From: Candidatus Zixiibacteriota bacterium
GTDB lineage: Bacteria; RBG-13-66-14; B26-G2; WVWN01
NCBI GenBank assembly: GCA_050117845.1
Contig: JASFLY010000002.1
Span: 32,001-96,000, forward strand
Direction of reading: 5' to 3'
Length of the DNA: 64,000 nucleotides
Below, piece by piece: positions 52,673 to 61,725 of this stretch. The notes beneath the pieces are model-generated. The model did not search any database. It was given only the letters and a program-made list of their open reading frames with translations, and was not told the DNA's origin. A program made the translations under genes and the position numbers. How positions within the stretch are numbered: position 1 is the stretch's first letter; the number at the start of each line of letters is the position of its first letter.

Positions 52673-53747
52673 GGTAGCCGTACTGGCCTCGACGCTGAAC
52701 GTCGGCGGCGCGGAACGGCAGCTCGCGGTACTCGGCCGCGAACTCCGGGAGCGCGGCCACGACGTGGCGTTCTATATGCTGAAGGAGGCGGGGCCGGTGG
52801 GCCTCGAGCTCCGCGAGGACGGCTTCGCCGGAGAGGACCAAATACTGGGCCGGCCCGGCCGCTGGCGCCGCACGCTGGCCGAACTCCGTACTTTCGACGC
52901 CCTCGCGGCGCTGGACCACAACAACCTCCTGCGGCTCATGCCCGCCGTGGCCTCGGCCTTGCCGCCGTACGTCGTCCTGTTTCACGTCGCCGTGCCCGCC
53001 ACCCGTCCCGCCGGGTGGCTGCGGGCGATGCGCCGGGCGTACGCCGTCGTCGCCGTCGCCGAGGCGCAAATCGCCGCGCTCGACCTGCCGCCGGAGTGCC
53101 GGATAGTGGTAATCCCGAACGGCATCCCCCTTCCGGAAGTCCCCTCGGCCGGGGACAAAGCCGGCGCGAGGGAGGCGCTGGGTTTGCCGCCGGACGCAAC
53201 GGTAGCGGCCACGGCCTGCCGCCTAACCACGGTCAAGGGCGTGGACGTCCTGATAGAGGCGCTGGCGACGCTGGCCGAGGCCGAGCGGCCTTTCCTCGCG
53301 GTCGCGGGCGAGGGGCCGGAGGAAGGCCGGCTGGAAGCGCTGGCCCGCGAGAAACTCGGCGCGAATTATAAATTCACGGGAGTCCTGGCGGACGTGAGGC
53401 CGCTGTACCGGGCCGCGGACTTCTTCGTCCTGTCCTCGTACCGGGAAGCGATGCCGATGGCGATCATAGAAGCAATGTCCCACGGCCTTCCCGTCATCGC
53501 CGGGGACGTCGGCGACGTCGGCGTAATACTCGACGGCGGCGGCGGTACGGCCGTCACCCCCGGGGACGCGGCGGAACTGACGGCGGCGATTAGGAAGATA
53601 AGCTCGTCCCCCGCGCGGCGGCTGGAGCAGGGCGCCCTGGCCCGGGCTACCGTCGCGGGCCGCTACACCGTCCGGCACATGGTCGACCGCTACGAGGCGC
53701 TGTTCCGCGAAATGGCGGCCGGAGGGGTTTCCGATGGCGCGCCGTAA
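52647..53747 (+). CDS. Glycosyltransferase family 4
   Basis: GGAERQL, IPNGI, RL...KG...LIEA, ADFFVLSS..EAMPMAIIEAM..GLPVI. Confidence 0.9.
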   Translation: MPNSRPHLRVAVLASTLNVGGAERQLAVLGRELRERGHDVAFYMLKEAGPVGLELREDGFAGEDQILGRPGRWRRTLAELRTFDALAALDHNNLLRLMPAVASALPPYVVLFHVAVPATRPAGWLRAMRRAYAVVAVAEAQIAALDLPPECRIVVIPNGIPLPEVPSAGDKAGAREALGLPPDATVAATACRLTTVKGVDVLIEALATLAEAERPFLAVAGEGPEEGRLEALAREKLGANYKFTGVLADVRPLYRAADFFVLSSYREAMPMAIIEAMSHGLPVIAGDVGDVGVILDGGGGTAVTPGDAAELTAAIRKISSSPARRLEQGALARATVAGRYTVRHMVDRYEALFREMAAGGVSDGAP

Positions 53748-54759
53748 CGCGGGACCCGTGGACGCCGTCGTGGCGCTCAGCTACCGCTGCAATCTGCGCT
53801 GCGCGACGTGCGACCTGGCCGACCACGCCGGCGAGGAACGGCTAACGCCGGACACGTTGCGCAAACTCCCGCCGTCGCTGGGCTACGTAAACGTCACCGG
53901 CGGCGAGCCCCTCCTGGTCAAGGATATTGTTCCGGCCGTCCGGGCGATATACGAGGCCACGTCGGCCCGGATAACCATTTCGACGAACGGAACGCTCCCG
54001 GACCGGGCGGAGGAAACGGTGCGCGACTTGCGCCGCGACGTCCCCGGCCTGCACGTCTCCGTATCGCTGGACGGCCTGGAGGAAACGCACGACCGCATCC
54101 GCCGGTCCCCGGGGTCCTTTCGCCGGGCCCTGGACACCGTGGATCGGTTGGCCCCGCTCCTGGGGCGGGACCTCCACCTCGCGTTTACGATATCCGCGGG
54201 CAACGCCGGCGAGTTCGACGGCGTCGCCGCCCTCGCCGCCGAACACGGCCTGCCCCTCAGCCTCGCGCTGACCCACACGTCGGAACACTACTTCCGGCCC
54301 GACGACGACGCGGTCCCGGACGAGGAAGCGGCCCTCCGCGCCGTGGACGCCGCCGCCCGGTACTACCTGCGCCAGCCGCCGCCGGGCGGGGCCGGCCGGG
54401 CCTACTTCGCCGCGGGCCTGCGCTGCCTCGTAACCACCGGCCGGAGGCCACTGGCCTGTCGTGCGGCCGACCGCTTCTTCTACCTCGACCCGGCGGGGGA
54501 CGTCTTCGGCTGCAACATGCGCGCGGAGATACTGGGGAACCTGGCCGACGCCGGCTTCGACGAGATATGGGAGGGCCTACCCCGGGCGGAGTTCCTGCCC
54601 ACCGCGGGCTCGGCGTGCCCGGCGCAATGCTGGATGGTCTGCACGGCCAGGACTTCCATCCTGAACCATCCGATAAAGGTAGGGTGCTGGGGCCTGCGGG
54701 CGTACGGCCGCCGGCTCCTGGGCCTATCCCCGCCGCCCTTAAAACCCGACTGCGGGTAA
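53734..54759 (+). CDS. Radical SAM protein with SPASM/Twitch domain
   Basis: CNLRCATC, NVTGGEP, STNG, VSLDG; C..A.....LDP.GDV.GC and C...CWMVC. Confidence 0.9.
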   Translation: MARRNAGPVDAVVALSYRCNLRCATCDLADHAGEERLTPDTLRKLPPSLGYVNVTGGEPLLVKDIVPAVRAIYEATSARITISTNGTLPDRAEETVRDLRRDVPGLHVSVSLDGLEETHDRIRRSPGSFRRALDTVDRLAPLLGRDLHLAFTISAGNAGEFDGVAALAAEHGLPLSLALTHTSEHYFRPDDDAVPDEEAALRAVDAAARYYLRQPPPGGAGRAYFAAGLRCLVTTGRRPLACRAADRFFYLDPAGDVFGCNMRAEILGNLADAGFDEIWEGLPRAEFLPTAGSACPAQCWMVCTARTSILNHPIKVGCWGLRAYGRRLLGLSPPPLKPDCG

Positions 54760-54791
54760 AGGCGGGGCCGCCCGCTCTTTTTAGAAAACAC

Positions 54792-54819
54792 TTGCGAAAA
54801 AAACGCGCCTTCTTATAAT
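54792..54819 (+). promoter_or_regulatory. Sigma70-type promoter
   Basis: TTGCGA-16-TATAAT just after a terminator-like hairpin (54760-54785). Confidence 0.5.
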
Positions 54820-54878
54820 CAAATAAAATGATCTTCGAATAACCCCTTGGAAACCAACATCGGAAAACGTGGCCCGCT

Positions 54879-56285
54879 ATGCAGGAGCAGAAGACAGATC
54901 CTAAAAAGGGGTACTACCACTCGGTCCGCTTGGCCGAGGACCGCTGCATCGGTTGCATCCACTGCGTCAGGGTTTGCCCGACGGAAGCGATCCGCGTCCA
55001 CTTCGGCAAGGCCCGCATCAACCCGCTCCGTTGCGTCGATTGCGGCGAGTGTATCCGCCTCTGCCCCACCAACGCCAAGTACGCGCAAACGGACACCCTC
55101 GACATCCTGGACAAGTTCAAATACAAGGTCGCTATTCCGGCGTCCGCTTTCTCGGGCCAGTTCAAAACGTTGATACCGCTGGACAAGGTTTTCTCGGCCT
55201 TAATAGGGCTCGGCTTCGACGAGGTGTACGAGGGCGCGCTGGGGGGCGAGATAGTGACGCTCGCCGTCCGGGAATTCCTCAAGGACAACAAGCGCCCCCG
55301 GCCCGCTATTTCCTCGCTCTGTCCCGCGGTCGTGCGGCTGGTGCAGGTACGCTTCCCCGCGCTCGTGGGCCACATCATCCCCATCGAAGCGCCGATGGAC
55401 GCGGCGGCCCGCGTCGTCAAGATCAGCCGGAGCCGGTACCTGGGAATACCGCCCGAGGAAATAGGCGCCTTCTTCATCTCGCCCTGCCCGGCCAAGGTGA
55501 CCGCGATTAAACAGCCGGTGGCCGTCCGCGACAACTTCCTCGACGGCGCCTTCGCCATTTCGGACATTTATAACCTGGTAATGAGCCGGCTCGAACAGGT
55601 GGAGGTCATCCCGGGGATAGCCCGGGCGTCGGGCCTCGGCATCGGGTGGGGCGCCTCCGGCGGGGAGAACCGACTCCTCGGCCAGGGCCGGCGGCTCACC
55701 GTGGACGGCGTGGGCAACGTCGTGCGCGTCCTCGAACTCATCGAAAGCGACGAGTACCACCACGGGTACGACTACCTCGAGATGCGGGCGTGTATCGGCG
55801 GTTGCGTCGGCGGGCCGCTGACGACGCAGGAGCCCTTCGTCGCCAAAAACCGCATCGACGAATTGTGTAAATTGCAGGGCGATAATTTCGGCATCGAGGC
55901 GGGCCTGCCGCAGGACCTCCCGTTCGACGAGATAATGGAAATGGTCAAGGCCGAAGCTTTCCACCTGAAGGGCCCCGTCGAACCCCGGTCCTCCCTCGGC
56001 CTCGGCACCAACATAAGCGAGACCATCTCCCGGATGAAGGAACTCGAGGAGGTCCTGGCCTCGCTGCCCGGCATCGACTGCGGTTCGTGCGGCGCGCCCA
56101 CCTGCCGCGCCTTCGCCGAGGACGTGGTCCTGCACAAAGCGAAACTTACCGATTGCACTTTCAAGCTTCGCGAACGCTTGCAGAGATTGGCTAACGAGAT
56201 GAGTAGCCTTTCCGAGGAGCTGCCTCCGACCCTTAAAACGAGGGACAATAGGAGTAATAAGAATGAAACTGACGAAAGTAGCTAA
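54879..56285 (+). CDS. [FeFe]-hydrogenase-like Fe-S protein (divergent H-domain, probably sensory/non-catalytic)
   Basis: Two CxxCxxCxxxCP motifs; SSLCP, SPCPAKVTA and EMRACIGGCVGG (degenerate L1-L3); C-terminal LPGIDCGSCGAPTC Fe-S domain. Confidence 0.85.
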   Translation: MQEQKTDPKKGYYHSVRLAEDRCIGCIHCVRVCPTEAIRVHFGKARINPLRCVDCGECIRLCPTNAKYAQTDTLDILDKFKYKVAIPASAFSGQFKTLIPLDKVFSALIGLGFDEVYEGALGGEIVTLAVREFLKDNKRPRPAISSLCPAVVRLVQVRFPALVGHIIPIEAPMDAAARVVKISRSRYLGIPPEEIGAFFISPCPAKVTAIKQPVAVRDNFLDGAFAISDIYNLVMSRLEQVEVIPGIARASGLGIGWGASGGENRLLGQGRRLTVDGVGNVVRVLELIESDEYHHGYDYLEMRACIGGCVGGPLTTQEPFVAKNRIDELCKLQGDNFGIEAGLPQDLPFDEIMEMVKAEAFHLKGPVEPRSSLGLGTNISETISRMKELEEVLASLPGIDCGSCGAPTCRAFAEDVVLHKAKLTDCTFKLRERLQRLANEMSSLSEELPPTLKTRDNRSNKNETDESS

Positions 56286-56610
56286 AAAACTCGACCTCGA
56301 AATCGTTTCCGGCGGAGACGCCATGGAAACGGAAATTACCGGCTGCTATATTTCCGATCTTCTCTCGGACGTTATGGCGAACGCCGGGGACGGCGCCCTC
56401 TGGATAACCATCCAGACCCACACCAACATCGTGGCCGTATCGTCCCTGAACAACCTCGCCGGCGTCCTTATAGCCCGCGGCAAACGGCCCAGCGACGAGA
56501 CCATCGCCGAGGCCCAGAAGCAGGGCGTCGCCATTCTCGTTTCCCAGGAGAGCACCTTCGACGTGGCGGGCAGGCTTTACGAGATGGGCGTCAGGGGGAC
56601 CGAACGCTGA
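56263..56610 (+). CDS. DRTGG-domain protein
   Basis: GCYISDLLSDVMA, WITIQTHTNIVAV. Confidence 0.88.
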   Translation: MKLTKVAKKLDLEIVSGGDAMETEITGCYISDLLSDVMANAGDGALWITIQTHTNIVAVSSLNNLAGVLIARGKRPSDETIAEAQKQGVAILVSQESTFDVAGRLYEMGVRGTER

Positions 56611-57350
56611 CGCTCCAGCCTTTCCGTGCCGACTTCCACGTCCATACCGTTCTCTCCCCTTGCGGCGACCTGACTCAATCCCCCCGGAAAATCATCGAAG
56701 CGGCCCGTAACCGCGGCCTGAGCATCGTCGGCATAGCCGACCACAACGCCACCGAGAACGCGCGACCCGCGATGCGTCTGGGCGAGAAGGCCGGCCTGGC
56801 GGTCTTCCCCGGCATGGAGGTCACCTCCGCCGAGGAGGTCCATGTCCTCGCCCTCTTCGGCGACCTGGCCGACGCGGGCGAGATGCAGGGCAAGGTCTAC
56901 CAGCGCCTGCAGGAGGGCGAGAACGACCCGGAACGCTTCGGCTATCAGGTTATCGTCGACGAGAACGAGAACGTCCTGGGCATGAACAAACGCCTGCTGC
57001 TCGGCGCGACCGACATGGACGTGGAGACCGTCGTGGACTACGTTCACCAGTACGGCGGCCTGGCCGTCGCCGCCCACGTCGACCGTCCTGCCTTCAGCTG
57101 CACCAGCCAGTTGGGCTTCGTCCCGCCGGGTATCTTCGACGCCATCGAGCTCTCGCCCTTCGGCGACGCCGCGGACTACGAGGCCCTGGGCTACCCTATC
57201 GTCCGCTGCTCGGACGCCCACCGGCCCGAAGAGGTGGGAAAGGGATATACCATATTCGAATTGGCCGAGCCGACCTTCGGCGAGGTTAAAATGGCCCTGC
57301 GGGGCGAAGAAGGCCGACGCATCGCCGGCCACAGCGGGACGCCAAGCTAA
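56607..57350 (+). CDS. PHP-domain phosphoesterase (probable CTG start)
   Basis: In-frame ADFHVHT.LSPC and IADHN lie upstream of the ORF-track start (56772); GMEVTSAEEVH, AHVDR, SDAH. Confidence 0.8.
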   Translation: MTLQPFRADFHVHTVLSPCGDLTQSPRKIIEAARNRGLSIVGIADHNATENARPAMRLGEKAGLAVFPGMEVTSAEEVHVLALFGDLADAGEMQGKVYQRLQEGENDPERFGYQVIVDENENVLGMNKRLLLGATDMDVETVVDYVHQYGGLAVAAHVDRPAFSCTSQLGFVPPGIFDAIELSPFGDAADYEALGYPIVRCSDAHRPEEVGKGYTIFELAEPTFGEVKMALRGEEGRRIAGHSGTPS

Positions 57351-57905
57351 ATGGAAGAACTGTCCCTTCATATCCTCGATATCACGATGAACTCGATTCG
57401 CGCGGGCGCGACGGAGATAACCATCGAATTGACCGAGGACCGCGCCCAGAACCTCCTGTCCTTCGTCATCCGGGACAACGGCTCCGGCATGACCGAGGAC
57501 CAGCTCTGCCGCCTCCACGACCCCTTCTTCACCACGCGCACGACGCGGCGCGTGGGCCTGGGGATCCCGCTGCTCAAGCAGACGGCGGAGCAGGCCGGCG
57601 GGGGCCTGACGGTGACGTCGGCGCCGGGCGAGGGGACGACGGTCGAGGCTTGCTACGAATACGACAACATCGACCGGCCTCCGCTGGGCGACGTCGCGGC
57701 GACCATCTGGACGATAATCGTCACGAACCCGCGCGTCGAATTCACCTACGTGCACACGCGCGACGAAGGCCGGTTCGAGATAAGCACCACCGAACTCAAG
57801 AACACGCTGCGCCGGCGCAACCTCAGCACGCCCCGGGTGGCCCAGGCGCTCCGCCAATACATAAACGACAACGAGGCCCGGCTGGCCGCGGCCGCAAGCG
57901 CGTAA
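57351..57905 (+). CDS. Histidine kinase-like ATPase (HATPase_c)
   Basis: MEELSLHILDI..NSIRAGA, DNGSGM, DPFFTTRTTRRVGLGIPL, IDRPPLGD. Confidence 0.9.
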   Translation: MEELSLHILDITMNSIRAGATEITIELTEDRAQNLLSFVIRDNGSGMTEDQLCRLHDPFFTTRTTRRVGLGIPLLKQTAEQAGGGLTVTSAPGEGTTVEACYEYDNIDRPPLGDVAATIWTIIVTNPRVEFTYVHTRDEGRFEISTTELKNTLRRRNLSTPRVAQALRQYINDNEARLAAAASA

Positions 57906-57924
57906 GGCCGCCCTCCGGCCCGAG

Positions 57925-58296
57925 GTGATAAAAATGAAACTCGAAGACCTTCAGAAGATGGTGGAGAAGACGGCCGGCGCCGACCTCGACGAGGGTTCGG
58001 CCCGCTACACCGTCACGGTGGGGATGGGAACGTGCGGCATCGCCGCGGGCGCCCGGGAGGTCCTGGCCGCCATCATCGACGAACTCGAGGCCCGCAACAT
58101 AAGCGACGTCATCGTCACGCAGTGCGGCTGCCGGGGCGTTTGCGACCGCGAGCCGCTGGTCATCGTGGCCGCGCCGGACGGCGGCGAGACCGTCTACGCC
58201 GACATGACGCCCGCCCGGGCGTGCGAGGTGGTCGCGTCCCACGTCGCCGGCGACGTGCCGGTCGCGGCGTACGTCCTGGACGCCGGCGCGGCCTGA
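57925..58296 (+). CDS. Thioredoxin-like [2Fe-2S] ferredoxin (HydD/HndB-like)
   Basis: VGMGTCGIAAGAREV, GC.G.C..EP. Confidence 0.9.
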   Translation: MIKMKLEDLQKMVEKTAGADLDEGSARYTVTVGMGTCGIAAGAREVLAAIIDELEARNISDVIVTQCGCRGVCDREPLVIVAAPDGGETVYADMTPARACEVVASHVAGDVPVAAYVLDAGAA

Positions 58297-58306
58297 GCGG
58301 CGGCGG

Positions 58307-58335
58307 TTGACAGCGGCCCCGCGAGAGGATATAAT
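58307..58335 (+). promoter_or_regulatory. Consensus sigma70 promoter of the tRNA gene
   Basis: TTGACA-17 bp-TATAAT. Confidence 0.85.
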
Positions 58336-58366
58336 ATCGGCGGATGGAGAGGTTAAGGGTTGGCGC

Positions 58367-58439
58367 GGGCGCTTAGCTCAGCTGGTAGAGCGCTGCTTTC
58401 ACAGAGCAGAAGTCACAGGTTCGAGTCCTGTAGCGCCCA
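58367..58439 (+). tRNA. tRNA-Val (anticodon CAC); CCA not encoded
   Basis: GGGCGCT/AGCGCCC acceptor stem, GCTC/GAGC D-stem, CTGCT-TTCACAG-AGCAG anticodon arm, ACAGG-TTCGAGT-CCTGT T-arm. Confidence 0.95.
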
Positions 58440-58448
58440 AATTAAAGA

Positions 58449-58482
58449 GCCGCGACTCGCGCGAGCGGGTTGCGGTTTTTTT
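58449..58482 (+). terminator. Terminator after the tRNA
   Basis: GCCGCGACTCGC-gcga-GCGGGTTGCGGT followed by a T run. Confidence 0.8.
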
Positions 58483-58545
58483 CTTTCCGCTTTTACCTTA
58501 CGCGGTTGTATCAGAGCCTAATATCCTCTATAATATCTAAGAGAT

Positions 58546-58989
58546 ATGGTCGCTAAAAATCTATATACAATCGGATACGAGGGCCTTTCGCCCGAAGCCT
58601 TTTTAAGCAAGCTAAGAGCGAACAACGTCGACGTCGTTATCGACGTGCGCGAGGTTCCCCATAGCCGCAAGCGCGGCTTCTCCAAATCACATTTGGACAC
58701 ACAACTAACCGGAGCCGGGATTTCGTATCTAAACTTCAGGGAGTTAGGGAGCCCGGCGCCCGCCCGCAAACAATACAAAGAAGACGGCGACTTCGTAGCG
58801 TTCTCCCTTTCGTACGCGGAGGTCTTACGGGCTGAACGGGCCACGCTGGAAGGGCTTTATTCGCTCGCGGCCGAACGGGATTGCTGCCTCCTTTGCTACG
58901 AGGCCGACGCCGAAACCTGCCATCGGTCGCTAGTGGGCGCCGCCGTCGCCGGCCTGAACGGAGGAGGATTTACGGTAATACATCTATGA
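58546..58989 (+). CDS. DUF488 family protein
   Basis: LYTIGYEG, IDVREVP.SRKRGFSK, CLLCYE.D...CHR. Confidence 0.9.
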   Translation: MVAKNLYTIGYEGLSPEAFLSKLRANNVDVVIDVREVPHSRKRGFSKSHLDTQLTGAGISYLNFRELGSPAPARKQYKEDGDFVAFSLSYAEVLRAERATLEGLYSLAAERDCCLLCYEADAETCHRSLVGAAVAGLNGGGFTVIHL

Positions 58990-59110
58990 CGCCGATAAGG
59001 AGGGAGTGGGTATTTTTAAGGACCCCTTGCCCCCGAACTCGTAAAAAGTTATACTCCGGCCTGTGGCCGGAGTTTCGTTTACGTAAATTCAGGGCCGGCG
59101 AGCCGTTATT

Positions 59111-59911
59111 ATGCCCCGTATAAGACCGGACGATATGACCTTCCTCGAGCACCTGGAGGAGCTGCGCAAGCGGATCCTCTGGATCCTCGGCGCCGCCGTC
59201 GTCGGGACCGGCGTCGCCTTCTTCTACTCCGAACGGCTGGTCGGTTTCCTGCTCGCGCCGGGCGGCGGTAAGTTCCAGTACATCAAGCCGGCGGAGGCCT
59301 TCGTCGTCCACCTCGCCGTCTCCTTCATCGCCGGCGTCGTCGTCATGTCGCCGTTCATCTTCTATCAGGTGTGGCGCTTCGTCGCCCCGGGCCTGATGCC
59401 CAAGGAGCGGTTTTACGCCCTGCCCTTCGTCGCCGCCACGTCGGCCTGCTTCGCCTCCGGCGTCGCCTTCGGCTACTACATGCTTTTCCCGGCGATGCGC
59501 TTCTTCCGCTCCTTCGAAACCGAACAGCTTACGGCCGACTGGACGTTGGGCAGTTACGCGTCGTTGGCGCTCCGGCTAATGCTCGCGACCGGCCTTATCT
59601 TCGAGGCGCCGGTGGTGGTCTTCTTCCTGGCGCGGCTTCGCATCGTCTCGCCCAAACTCCTGACGTCGAAGTGGAAGTACGTCATCATCGGCGTATTCAT
59701 CGTCGCCGCGGCGCTCACGCCGGGCCCCGACGTCTTCACGCAATCCATCCTCGCGCTGCCGCTCCTCGGCCTGTACGTCATATCCATCGGCGTGGCCTGG
59801 TTGGCCTACCCGCGGAAGAAGCCGGAAGAGGACGAGGAACCGGATAACGACGACGAGGAAGACGCGGACGACGACGGCGAAGGCCGCAAACCCTCCCCCT
59901 ACGCCGGATAA
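59111..59911 (+). CDS. tatC: Sec-independent protein translocase subunit TatC
   Basis: MTFLEHLEELRKR, YQVWRFVAPGL..KE, FE.P, LTPGPDVFTQ. Confidence 0.95.
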   Translation: MPRIRPDDMTFLEHLEELRKRILWILGAAVVGTGVAFFYSERLVGFLLAPGGGKFQYIKPAEAFVVHLAVSFIAGVVVMSPFIFYQVWRFVAPGLMPKERFYALPFVAATSACFASGVAFGYYMLFPAMRFFRSFETEQLTADWTLGSYASLALRLMLATGLIFEAPVVVFFLARLRIVSPKLLTSKWKYVIIGVFIVAAALTPGPDVFTQSILALPLLGLYVISIGVAWLAYPRKKPEEDEEPDNDDEEDADDDGEGRKPSPYAG

Positions 59912-59918
59912 CCGACCT

Positions 59919-61217
59919 ATGGACTACGCCGAGGCCACCGCCTTCCTGAACTCCCTCATCAACTACGAACGCGTCGCCCCCCGGCAGTACGACACGCGGG
60001 CGTTCGACCTCGAGCAGTTCGCCGCCCTGCTCGGCCGGCTGGGCTCGCCCCATGACGCGTATCCCATAATCCACGTCGCCGGGACCAAGGGAAAGGGCAG
60101 CGTCGTCGCGATGCTGGCCGCCGCCTTCGGCGCCGCCGGGTTCCGCGCCGGGACCTTCACCTCTCCCCACCTCCGCTCGCCGCGGGAGCGCGTCGCCCTC
60201 GGCGACGAGATGATCACGCCCGAGGACTTCGGCCGGTTCGTCGCCGCCGCCCGGGCCGCGATGACCGGCGGCGAGGCCGCCAACTACCGGACCTACTTCG
60301 AGACGCTCCTCGCCGCGGCGCTGTTGTACTTCCGCGAGCGGAACGCGGACGTCGCCATACTGGAGGCGGGCCTCGGCGGCCGCCTCGACGCCACGAACGT
60401 CGTAACGCCCGCGGTGGCCGTCCTCACGACGGTGGACCTGGACCACACGGACATCCTGGGCGAAACGCTGGAGAAGATAGCGGCCGAGAAGGCCGGCGTC
60501 ATCAAGGCGGCCGTCCCGGCCGTTAGCACGCCCCAGGACCCGGCCGCCGAGGAAGTTATACGGCGTTTCGCGGCCAAGGCCCGCGCGCCGCTCGCGTTCG
60601 TCGGCTCGGATATATACTTCCACGAGAACAGCGACGGGACCTTCGACTACCGCGGCCCTCGCTACAACCTCGTCGCCGTGAAGCCGGCGACGCCGGGCCA
60701 CGGGGCCCGCGTCAACGCCGCCGCCGCGCTGGCGGCGCTGGAATGCTTTACGCCGTTTGACGTCCCGGCCGAAAGCGCGCGCCGGGGCGTCGAGGCCGCC
60801 CGGCCCCGGGGCCGCGTGGAATTCCTGGCCGGGTCGCCGCCGGTCCTGCTGGACACGTCGCATACGCCGGCCTCGGGCCGGGAACTGGCGAACGTCGCTG
60901 GGGCGACGCCGGGCGACGTTAAGGTTCTGGTATGGGGGATGTCGGCCGACAAGGACGCGGCCGCGTATATACGCGAGTTGGCCGGAGCCGTGGACGTTGT
61001 GATAGCTACCGCGGCCTCGCTGCCGCGCGCCCGGCCGGCGGAGGAGTTGGCAACCGTGGCCCGGGGCTCGTTCGGCCGCGTCGAGGCGGTAACGCCCCCG
61101 GCGGCCGCGCTGGCCCGGGCGAGGGAGCTCGCCGGCCCCGCGGGGCTGGTCGTCGTCGCCGGCTCTTTCTACCTGGCCGGGGAAATCCTAACCGAAATTG
61201 AAGGACCTTTGGAGTGA
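59919..61217 (+). CDS. folC: Folylpolyglutamate synthase / dihydrofolate synthase
   Basis: IHVAGTKGKGS, FTSPHL, LEAGLGGRLDATNV, LDHT.ILG.TL.KIA.EKAGVIK, GSFYLAG. Confidence 0.93.
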   Translation: MDYAEATAFLNSLINYERVAPRQYDTRAFDLEQFAALLGRLGSPHDAYPIIHVAGTKGKGSVVAMLAAAFGAAGFRAGTFTSPHLRSPRERVALGDEMITPEDFGRFVAAARAAMTGGEAANYRTYFETLLAAALLYFRERNADVAILEAGLGGRLDATNVVTPAVAVLTTVDLDHTDILGETLEKIAAEKAGVIKAAVPAVSTPQDPAAEEVIRRFAAKARAPLAFVGSDIYFHENSDGTFDYRGPRYNLVAVKPATPGHGARVNAAAALAALECFTPFDVPAESARRGVEAARPRGRVEFLAGSPPVLLDTSHTPASGRELANVAGATPGDVKVLVWGMSADKDAAAYIRELAGAVDVVIATAASLPRARPAEELATVARGSFGRVEAVTPPAAALARARELAGPAGLVVVAGSFYLAGEILTEIEGPLE

Positions 61218-61218
61218 C

Positions 61219-61725
61219 ATGACGATACTCGCCGGAGAAGAGCTGCGCGCCTACGTATTCGACCGGGACCCGCCGCTGGTAACGCCCTGCGGGCCCGAGC
61301 AGCTCCAGCCCAACGGCGTCGAGCTGACGCTGGAGGACGTGGGCGTGTGGAAGGAAGCCGGCCGGCTCGGCTTCGATAACGCCGACCGGGTCATCCCGGA
61401 CGTGGAACCCGTCCCGTTCGACGAGGCCGGCGAAGTGCGCCTCGGGCCCGGCGGCTACGCCATTTCGTTCCGGGAAACGGTGAACGTCCCGGACGACATG
61501 TGCGCCATCGCGCGGCCGCGCTCCAGCCTACTCCGAATGGGAGCCACCGTCGCGACCGCCCTTTGGGACACCGGCTACCGCGGCCGCAGCCGCGCGCTCC
61601 TCCTCGTCTCGGCCCCCGCGGGCATTCGGCTCCGGCGCGGCGCCCGCCTTATCCAGCTCGTATTCCTTCGCCTCCCGGCCCCCCTCGGCCGGGGGTACGA
61701 CGGCGCCTTCCAGGGCGAGGTCTGA
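61219..61725 (+). CDS. dut: Trimeric dUTPase / dCTP deaminase family protein (archaeal-type)
   Basis: QLQPNGVELTL, ARPRSSLLRMG, WDTGYRG, RLIQLVF, YDGAFQGE; start at ATG 61219. Confidence 0.8.
   Translation: MTILAGEELRAYVFDRDPPLVTPCGPEQLQPNGVELTLEDVGVWKEAGRLGFDNADRVIPDVEPVPFDEAGEVRLGPGGYAISFRETVNVPDDMCAIARPRSSLLRMGATVATALWDTGYRGRSRALLLVSAPAGIRLRRGARLIQLVFLRLPAPLGRGYDGAFQGEV

Noticed and set aside
54879..56285. Catalytic group A [FeFe]-hydrogenase
   Set aside because: The H-cluster signature motifs are degenerate and no maturases or diaphorase subunits are adjacent.
58307..58540. 77-aa ORF from the track
   Set aside because: It overlaps the consensus promoter, tRNA-Val and its terminator, so it is spurious.
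58367..59110. Genomic island integrated at tRNA-Val
   Set aside because: Only DUF488 follows the tRNA; I saw no integrase or duplicated tRNA 3' end.
3400..60863. Many long antisense or alternate-frame ORFs (e.g. 3400-4833, 5223-6818, 36739-38028, 44400-45719, 46501-48087, 56577-57857, 59778-60863)
   Set aside because: They overlap genes with clear family motifs and have the Arg/Pro/Gly-rich or mirror composition expected of shadow ORFs in high-GC DNA.
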